This document shows, piece by piece, positions 27,275 to 27,373 of a stretch of 27,373 bases of DNA. The DNA is from Synechococcales cyanobacterium PMM_0036 (GTDB lineage Bacteria; Cyanobacteriota; Cyanobacteriia; Elainellales; Elainellaceae), in NCBI GenBank assembly GCA_949127645.1, contig CASBQM010000483.1, forward strand, positions 1 through 27,373, written 5' to 3'. The translations under genes and the position numbers were made by a program. How positions within the stretch are numbered: the stretch's first letter is position 1; every line of letters starts with the position of its first letter. The notes under the pieces are model-generated. The model was not told where the DNA came from, did no database searches, and saw only the letters and a list, made by a program, of their open reading frames with translations.

Positions 27275-27332
27275 GATTGCTATAGCTTGTTATTAAGCAA
27301 ATTTCAGTGTTTCAAAATCAGGAAAAAAAGTG

Positions 27333-27373
27333 ATGTCTTTATTGCAAGAGAAAGTGGCGTTGGTTGCGGGTGC
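27333..27373 (+). CDS. Probable SDR-family oxidoreductase, N-terminal fragment (cut by window end)
   Basis: ATG TCT TTA TTG CAA GAG AAA GTG GCG TTG GTT GCG GGT = MSLLQEKVALVAG, typical of the SDR beta-1 strand before GxxxGxG. Only 13 codons are visible. Confidence 0.5.
   Translation, partial: MSLLQEKVALVAG

Larger units (their letters stand above)
26151..27282 (+). mobile_element. IS630-family insertion sequence (about 1132 bp)
   Basis: Flanking TA at 26149-26150 and 27283-27284; imperfect terminal IRs TATAGTGCTCCGGTTTGATTACTGAAAGA vs TATAGCAATCCTATTTGATTTTTGAAAAA (21/29 identical); two transposase ORFs inside. Confidence 0.9.

Noticed and set aside
1-27373. tRNA, rRNA, integrase, toxin-antitoxin or anti-phage defence genes
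   Set aside because: No supporting sequence or motifs seen on either strand.

Overview
Cyanobacterial genomic window (25 HIP1 GCGATCGC octamers counted by eye; filamentous-cyanobacterium-like gene content). Left to right: (1) the dead start of an IS1-family transposase abutting a deleted, stop-containing M1 aminopeptidase relic; (2) a tightly packed minus-strand operon encoding a periplasmic adaptor, an ABC ATPase, an ABC-2 permease and an MdtB/C-type RND pump, divergent from a MarR regulator, followed by a 5'-truncated NfsA/Frp-type nitroreductase; (3) a Wzx/Wzy-dependent exopolysaccharide locus (wzc, wza, GT-C membrane protein, GT2, wzx, GT4, Wzy/O-antigen-ligase-like protein, GT4, WecB/TagA, GDP-mannose 3,5-epimerase-like enzyme) with a divergent priming sugar transferase 1.3 kb away that carries a G-to-E change in the conserved VGPRP motif; (4) a convergent beta-helix protein with RTX repeats; (5) an IS630 element with an A8 -1 frameshift site, inserted in a short divergent intergenic region ahead of a probable SDR gene cut by the window end. 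The best candidates for new biology are the RND+ABC hybrid efflux operon and the EPS module (L-sugar epimerase, GT-C, secreted beta-helix/RTX protein). All family calls are by motif recognition; no database searches were run.
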